Assembly: GCA_937872165.1 (NCBI GenBank)
Contig: CALMOR010000062.1
Location: 1 to 49,055, forward strand
Direction: 5' to 3'
Source of the DNA: an uncultured Burkholderiales bacterium
GTDB lineage: Bacteria > Pseudomonadota > Gammaproteobacteria > Burkholderiales > Burkholderiaceae_D
DNA: 49,055 nucleotides
Every line of letters starts with the position of its first letter. Positions within the stretch are counted from its first letter, which is position 1. A program made the position numbers and the translations under genes. A model generated the notes under the pieces. That model was given only the letters and a program-made list of their open reading frames with translations. It was not told the DNA's origin and made no database searches. Below are positions 43,655 through 49,055 of this stretch, piece by piece.

Positions 43655-44818
43655 ATGGCCGCACGTCCGATTTATCAGCCGTATGATTTCAACGGCAACG
43701 AGGTTCGCAACGCCACCCTTCACAACTTGGGTTCGGCACCGGCGTCCCCGATCGCCGGTCGCTACTACTACGACACCACGCTCGGGCGCTTCCTGTACTA
43801 CAACGGCACGGCGTTCGTCAACGTCGCCACGGACAGCGACAAGCTGGGCGGTCAACTGCCGGCGTACTACACGAACCGCGCCAACCAGACCGGCACGCAG
43901 ACGGCTTCGACCATCAGCGACCTCGCGACCGTCGTTCAGGCGTACCGGCTCGACCAGTTCAGCGCGCCGACCGGCAGCCTGAACATCAACAACCAGCGAC
44001 TGACGAACGTCGGCACGCCGACGGCCGGCACGGACGCGGCCACCAAGCAGTACGTCGACTCGCTCGCGCAGGGTCAGGACCCGAAGCCCTCGGCCAACTG
44101 GGCCACGGCCGCAGCGCTGCCGGCGAACACCTACGCCAACGGCACGGCCGGCGTCGGCGCGACGATCACCGCGAACGCCAACGGCGCCCTCGCGGTCGAC
44201 AGCGGCGCCCCCGCGGCAGGCGATCGAGTGTTGGTGCTGAACGAGGCGACGACTCCGAACCGCGGCCTGTACGTCGTGACCAACCCCGGCTCGGGCGCAG
44301 CGCCGTTCGTGCTCACGCGCGACACGACGATGGACCAGGCCACCGAGTTCGGCGGCGCGCTGATCGCAGTCGAGGGCGGCGGTGCGACGAACGGCAACAC
44401 GCTCTGGCTGTGCAACGCGGCCGAGTCGATCACGGTCGGCACGACGGGGCTGAGCTTCGTCAAGCTGAATGCATCGACGGCGCTCAACGGCTCGACCTCG
44501 ATCCTGATCAGCGGTAACGCGGCGTCGGTCATCGTCAAGGCGAGCGGCGGTATCCTGAGCGACGCCAACGGCCTGTCGGCCGATCCGGCCATCGTCACGC
44601 GCAAGTACGCGCAGGCGATCGGCGATGGCTCGGCCACGAGCATCGTCGTGACGCACAACCTGAACACGCAGGACGTGGAGGTTCAGGTGTACACGGCCGG
44701 TGCTCCGTATCAGACCGTCGACTGCGACGTGCAGCGGACTTCCGCGAACACGATCACGCTCGTGTTCAACGGCATCGTTCCGACCGCGGGTCAGTTCCGC
44801 GTCGTCGTTCAAGGGTAA
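43655..44818 (+). CDS. Fibre-like virion protein
   Basis: ATG 43655 with CAGGAG RBS; DSDKLGG, DAATKQYVD and GDRVLV..E....NRGLY motifs; C-terminal HNL module. Confidence 0.7.
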   Translation: MAARPIYQPYDFNGNEVRNATLHNLGSAPASPIAGRYYYDTTLGRFLYYNGTAFVNVATDSDKLGGQLPAYYTNRANQTGTQTASTISDLATVVQAYRLDQFSAPTGSLNINNQRLTNVGTPTAGTDAATKQYVDSLAQGQDPKPSANWATAAALPANTYANGTAGVGATITANANGALAVDSGAPAAGDRVLVLNEATTPNRGLYVVTNPGSGAAPFVLTRDTTMDQATEFGGALIAVEGGGATNGNTLWLCNAAESITVGTTGLSFVKLNASTALNGSTSILISGNAASVIVKASGGILSDANGLSADPAIVTRKYAQAIGDGSATSIVVTHNLNTQDVEVQVYTAGAPYQTVDCDVQRTSANTITLVFNGIVPTAGQFRVVVQG

Positions 44819-44821
44819 GCC

Positions 44822-45733
44822 ATGTCGGCGCCGCAGTACGTCAGCAAGCGACTCGTCACCTTCGCCTCGGCTCCCGCGGCGGGGCAGAACACGGGCTGCT
44901 TGCTGGAAGTTGGGACGGCGGCGCCGTACAGCTTGTTCTTCGACAACGGGTCGGCGCTCGTGCCGATCGATCTGCAGGGAGACTGGGCCGGTCGAACCGT
45001 GGCAGATACGGATTCGGCCGCGCTGCGCACGCTGGCAGCGAACGACAACGTGCTGTATCTCAACTATGCAGCGGCCGGAGCGTTCACGTTCAGCACGACG
45101 CCGACGCAGCCGCTCAACAAGTTGGTCGAGGTCGTCCCCATCGGTACGGCTGCGGTTACGATCACGGCAGGCTCGGGCGTTACGTTCGTGGGTCCGTACG
45201 TCAGCGGCGGCAACGTGGTCACGACGGGAGCTGGTCGTGCCATTTCGTTCATTCAGCGCAGTGCGAATACGTGGCAGGTGATTGGCGGCGCGCCGGCACC
45301 GACGCCGATCGTCGCGTTCAAGACCTATGCAGGCAGTGCTCAGTCCATCGGAGCTGGCTTCACCACTGTTGTACTGAACTCCACCCCCGCCATCAACATC
45401 GGAGGCGGAGGCTGGGACGGTACGTACTACACGATTCCGGTCAAGGGGCAGTACCACTGCATTGCCACGGGTCGCGGTGATGACGCTCAGAGCCGGTTCA
45501 ATCTCGGCATCGGCGTCAACACGTCGAACATGGACAGCTCGGACTTTTTTTGGTTCGTCAACAACACGACGGATAGCAGCGCAAACCGCAACACGATGGT
45601 GTACGATAACAAGGTTGTCTTCAACATAGGCGACTTGGTACGCTTGTTCATGTACGTCGACTCGAACGGCTCTGGCAATCGCAACATCGGAGCGCAGTCC
45701 TTGTCTCTTCAGCTGGCGGTCGCTCTACCATGA
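44822..45733 (+). CDS. Fibre protein with a C-terminal C1q/TNF-like domain
   Basis: AF..Y....QSI......V.......N.GG.WD...YTIPVKGQY pattern of C1q-like domains. Confidence 0.6.
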   Translation: MSAPQYVSKRLVTFASAPAAGQNTGCLLEVGTAAPYSLFFDNGSALVPIDLQGDWAGRTVADTDSAALRTLAANDNVLYLNYAAAGAFTFSTTPTQPLNKLVEVVPIGTAAVTITAGSGVTFVGPYVSGGNVVTTGAGRAISFIQRSANTWQVIGGAPAPTPIVAFKTYAGSAQSIGAGFTTVVLNSTPAINIGGGGWDGTYYTIPVKGQYHCIATGRGDDAQSRFNLGIGVNTSNMDSSDFFWFVNNTTDSSANRNTMVYDNKVVFNIGDLVRLFMYVDSNGSGNRNIGAQSLSLQLAVALP

Positions 45734-46794
45734 CCACCACCGTTATCAAGTCCATCGGTACTGCGCCAGGACGCGACTATGCGCTGATCTCAGCATGGGT
45801 TGCGGACAGGCTCAGGGGTCGCGACGTAACGGCGACGGGCTCGGACACGATCGAGATTGGCGAGGTCTACAACGACGGTCCGATTCTCGAGCCCAGCGTA
45901 GTCGTCTCCATCGCCGCCGACACGATCGACGCTGCCCACCCCATCACTCTGCGAGCTGCGGCGAATCAGGGCTGGAACAACAAGCCGGGCGACTCGGCCT
46001 TGCCGCTGACCGGCTACGATGAGTCCCGAGGGGCGTGTGTACGGCTCAACACGACGGGAGCTGCGCTCACGATCGGCGGTTACGTCTTGGTGGATGGTCT
46101 GCAGTTCACGAGCGTATCTGCCTCAGGTAATCCGTACGTGCTACCAGGGGCAACGGCGCTGGGCTATCAGAACTGCATTCTTGACAGCGGTACAACTTCC
46201 TCAACGAACGGCGCCTTTATCACGGTGTCGGCGACGATCGGACCTTTTCGCAACAACATCGTCATCATTCGCAACGCCGTCAATCGTCCGATGTTCACGT
46301 CGGGCACTGCGGTGGCCGGGACGATGGAGTTCAACACGTTCTGGAACCAGAGCGGATCGACGGGCACATCTTCTTCCGGTTCGTTCATGGTGTCTCCGAC
46401 GACCGCCAAGCCCAGCTTCAAGTTTCAGAACAACTTGATGATCGGCTGGGCGCCGGGAGTGAGCTACTCGAACAACAACTTCACCGACGCAGCCCTGATC
46501 AACAACGCTAGCAACAGCTTGTTCACTGGGTTTTCGTCGACGAACCTAGCCAGCATCACGACGACCAACGAGGTCAACAGCACGACCGATGTGCGTCCGA
46601 AGTCGACGTCAACCATCAAGGCGGCCGGCGTGCCGTCGTCGACCGGCACAACGCTCGACGTGTTTGGACGAACCCGATCAACGAGCGCCCCGACGATCGG
46701 CGCCGTGGAGTACATCGTAGCAGCACCGCCCCCTCCTCCTCCCGCGGCGATTCCTCGTCGCTGGGCTCACCTTCCCTTCGGACAACTACACTAG
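45730..46794 (+). CDS. Beta-helix-like virion protein
   Basis: Ser/Thr/Asn-rich with NCI/NNI/NTF/NNL rungs and a terminal D.FG.TR....TIGAVEY. Confidence 0.55.
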   Translation: MTTTVIKSIGTAPGRDYALISAWVADRLRGRDVTATGSDTIEIGEVYNDGPILEPSVVVSIAADTIDAAHPITLRAAANQGWNNKPGDSALPLTGYDESRGACVRLNTTGAALTIGGYVLVDGLQFTSVSASGNPYVLPGATALGYQNCILDSGTTSSTNGAFITVSATIGPFRNNIVIIRNAVNRPMFTSGTAVAGTMEFNTFWNQSGSTGTSSSGSFMVSPTTAKPSFKFQNNLMIGWAPGVSYSNNNFTDAALINNASNSLFTGFSSTNLASITTTNEVNSTTDVRPKSTSTIKAAGVPSSTGTTLDVFGRTRSTSAPTIGAVEYIVAAPPPPPPAAIPRRWAHLPFGQLH

Positions 46795-46802
46795 GAAGCA
46801 TC

Positions 46803-47060
46803 ATGCTCACGGAACCGTACCGCGACGGCGCCAGCTCCAACCTGTTCTACGATGAGAACGGGTCGGGGCAGTGCCAGGGCAACCCCCGGATGACGGTGTC
46901 GTCTCACGTCGACAACGGCGACGGCACGTACAGCTACACGATCCGCGTGCTGCGGCTCGTCGGGCGGGTGTACATCCCCGATTCGACGCCGCTGGCCGGC
47001 GTGTCGTCGTCGAAAATCCTGCAGTACATCCCGACGCCGGGACCGGGGAACGACCTGTGA
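46803..47060 (+). CDS. Hypothetical protein
   Basis: AGGA RBS; its stop overlaps the gp36-like start. Confidence 0.55.
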   Translation: MLTEPYRDGASSNLFYDENGSGQCQGNPRMTVSSHVDNGDGTYSYTIRVLRLVGRVYIPDSTPLAGVSSSKILQYIPTPGPGNDL

Positions 47061-47581
47061 GCACGTACGCCACCCAGGCGGACTTCGTTGCGCGGTTCGG
47101 CGACGCCGAAGCCTTGGCCCTGTGCTCGACCGTTGCGAGCGGCGAAGCCATCATCGACAGCGCCGGGCTCGGAGTGGCGCTCGCGGACGCGTCCCGCATC
47201 GTCGACAGCTACATCGCGACGCGCTATCCGCTCGATCTGATCGCGGCGCGCACGGTGTTCCCGGAACCGCTGCGCCTCGCGGTCTGCGACATCGCCCGGT
47301 ACTTCCTGTACAAGGACCAGGCGACGGACCAGGTGACGGCGCGCTACAAGGATCAGCTGACGTGGCTGCGAGACGTGGCCAAGGGCGTCGTCGCGCTGGT
47401 TTTCACGCCGCCGCTCACCGTCGCGGAGCAGCAGGAGGCCATTTTCGCCCCCGCGCCTGTGGTAGGGGTTGACCTCGGCGGGATTTTCGGCACCTCGGTG
47501 CTATCCGGCATGCCGACGGTGGATCGTCGGGATGACTCGCGGTTCACCGTCGTCAACGGCGTCCTGGTTCGGATCGTCTGA
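47057..47581 (+). CDS. Head-tail adaptor (Mu gp36/DUF1320-like)
   Basis: YAT.AD...RFG..E, AL.DAS..VDSYI..RY.L and CDIARY.LY...RYK....WL.DVAKG; GTG 47057. Confidence 0.88.
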   Translation: MSTYATQADFVARFGDAEALALCSTVASGEAIIDSAGLGVALADASRIVDSYIATRYPLDLIAARTVFPEPLRLAVCDIARYFLYKDQATDQVTARYKDQLTWLRDVAKGVVALVFTPPLTVAEQQEAIFAPAPVVGVDLGGIFGTSVLSGMPTVDRRDDSRFTVVNGVLVRIV

Positions 47582-47583
47582 CC

Positions 47584-48081
47584 ATGTACGAGCTGGGGAT
47601 CACGATCAGCGGGGGGCAACGGATCAGCTCGATCCTGAACCAGCTCGCGCTCGATGCGACGAAGCAGCGGCAGTTGCTGTCCGTCCTCGGCGACGTCGTG
47701 ATCACTCAGACGCAGTTGCGGTTCCGCGATCAGCAGGGGCCGGATGGCCAGCCGTGGAAGCCCTCGATTCGCGCGCAGGAGCAGGGCGGGCAGACCCTGG
47801 TGGATACCGGCGCCCTGCGCAGCTCGATCACGAAGCAGGTGTTGGACGGCCAGGTGGAGATCGGCACCAACCTGCCGTACGCAAACGCGATGCAGTACGG
47901 GCTGAACCTGGTCGCGAAAGGCAAGGCGTTCGTGTTCAAGGTCGTCGGTCGCTGGGTGACGTTGAAGCGTATCAGCTATCCCGGTCGCCCCTTCATCGGG
48001 ATCAACGAAGCAGACGAGGCCGAGCTCAACGAGACGGTCGGCGACTTCATGCAGGCATTCGTCAACCAGGTCAACTCATGA
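47584..48081 (+). CDS. Virion morphogenesis/tail completion protein (Mu gpG-like)
   Basis: RF..Q.GPDG.PW.P, TL.DTG.LR.SI, GTN.PYA...QYG and P.RPFIG. Confidence 0.88.
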   Translation: MYELGITISGGQRISSILNQLALDATKQRQLLSVLGDVVITQTQLRFRDQQGPDGQPWKPSIRAQEQGGQTLVDTGALRSSITKQVLDGQVEIGTNLPYANAMQYGLNLVAKGKAFVFKVVGRWVTLKRISYPGRPFIGINEADEAELNETVGDFMQAFVNQVNS

Positions 48082-48524
48082 GCGGCATTCTCGACGACGA
48101 CTATTTTCAAGCAGAGGCTGGCATCAACCAGCTCCTGCGCACGGAGTTCGGTGATGAGGTGAAGTACGCCTCGCCCGGATCGTTGGGGGAGCTGAAGGAG
48201 CAATCCCAGGGGATCGTCAATCTGTACGTGGTGTACGCAGGAGACCTGGACGCAGGCGGAACCGACGATGGAGGTTCGCAGCAGATCGATCAGCAGTGGC
48301 TCGTGGTGCTGTCGGTACGCAACCCAGCAGCGCAGCTCGACAGCAGCAAGTCGCGAGCCATGGCAGGACCCTATGTATCACGGTTGTTGAAGTGCTTGAT
48401 GGGCAAGGAGCCTGGGCGGTTTTGCGGGCCGCTCAAGCGGGGAGGCGGCCAGGCGGCGGGCTACTCTCCGGCGTTTGCCTACTTCCCATTCCTGTTTACC
48501 ACCCGCATCGTCGTTACCATCTAG
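48078..48524 (+). CDS. Tail terminator-like protein (Mu gp37-like)
   Basis: ATG 48078 in an ATGA overlap; VVY.GD, Q.WLVVL.VRN and YFP..FT; precedes the tail tube gene. Confidence 0.7.
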   Translation: MSGILDDDYFQAEAGINQLLRTEFGDEVKYASPGSLGELKEQSQGIVNLYVVYAGDLDAGGTDDGGSQQIDQQWLVVLSVRNPAAQLDSSKSRAMAGPYVSRLLKCLMGKEPGRFCGPLKRGGGQAAGYSPAFAYFPFLFTTRIVVTI

Positions 48525-48532
48525 GAGCAATC

Positions 48533-49055
48533 ATGTACTTCTCGTTTCGCGGTAAGGTGTACCTCGGCAGCCGGACGACCGCCGGCAATCCCGGCATCAT
48601 GCACTGGATGGGCAACATGCCCGACTTCACCCTGGCGTTCGCCACGGAGGAGACGGAGCACGTCGAGTCCTACAGCGGCCTCGATCTGGTCGACTTCGTG
48701 CAGGAGAACAGCCGCAAGGCGACGTTCAGCGGCACGATCCAGAACTACAACACGAACAACACGCAGATTCTGACACGTTCGCGGCCAACGGTCATCAACC
48801 CGGCAACCGTCACGGCCGAAGCCCTGCCCACCGGCATGGTGAACGGCGATTCGGCGCTGCTGAACGGGCAGAACATCGACCTGTCGACCGTCGTCGTGCA
48901 CGACAGCGCCACCACCCCCGCGGTCGTCGCGCCGTCCAAGTACCAGGTCGACGCCAACGGCAGTTTCACGATCCTCGACGTGACGGGCTTCACCCAGCCG
49001 TTCCACGTCGACTACGGCTCGCTGGGAGCGACCCAGCTGGCCCTGCTGACGGAAG
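48533..49055 (+). CDS. Major tail tube protein (partial, runs off the window)
   Basis: AGGAG RBS; MYFSFRGKVYLG...W.GN.P...EH.ES.SG pattern; open to the window end. Confidence 0.8.
   Translation, partial: MYFSFRGKVYLGSRTTAGNPGIMHWMGNMPDFTLAFATEETEHVESYSGLDLVDFVQENSRKATFSGTIQNYNTNNTQILTRSRPTVINPATVTAEALPTGMVNGDSALLNGQNIDLSTVVVHDSATTPAVVAPSKYQVDANGSFTILDVTGFTQPFHVDYGSLGATQLALLTE

Noticed and set aside
40674-45457. 814-aa and 607-aa - strand ORFs
   Set aside because: Antisense shadows of clear capsid and fibre genes.
36481-48524. Transposable Mu-like phage
   Set aside because: Only the morphogenesis genes are Mu-like; there is no transposase and the phage has its own polymerase and primase.

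Overview
The window is most of a high-GC (visually about 65%) tailed dsDNA phage genome, cut inside the tail region at both ends. No tape-measure gene, integrase, tRNA or CRISPR array is visible. It has three blocks. (1) 1-9.1 kb, + strand: distal tail and receptor-binding genes, then a lysis cassette with membrane proteins, an SLT endolysin, Rz and an embedded Rz1. (2) 9.1-33.9 kb, - strand: early and replication genes (primase-helicase, family A DNA polymerase, PD-(D/E)XK nuclease, VRR-NUC, SNF2 helicase, dCTP deaminase). This block includes a thymidine hypermodification cluster of the M6/YuA/PaMx11 type: dUMP hydroxymethylase, 5-hmdU DNA kinase, P-loop kinase, amino acid:DNA transferase, flavin oxidoreductase, HD nucleotidase and a UDG-like fusion. 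(3) 34.2-49 kb, + strand: terminases and Mu-like head and neck genes, ending in the major tail protein. The most unusual content is an early-region set of host-envelope genes: a type IV major pilin carrying a 70-aa membrane-anchored leader behind its own promoter, plus a PEP-CTERM exosortase substrate and a J-domain protein. Also notable are a hypermodification pathway with no recognisable finishing enzyme, a MuF protein with a HExxH extension and a candidate immunity gene, a 4-kb fibre cassette after the capsid gene, and a repeated GCTAGAC promoter whose -35 box contains the upstream gene's stop codon. All calls come from motif recognition by eye; no searches were run.
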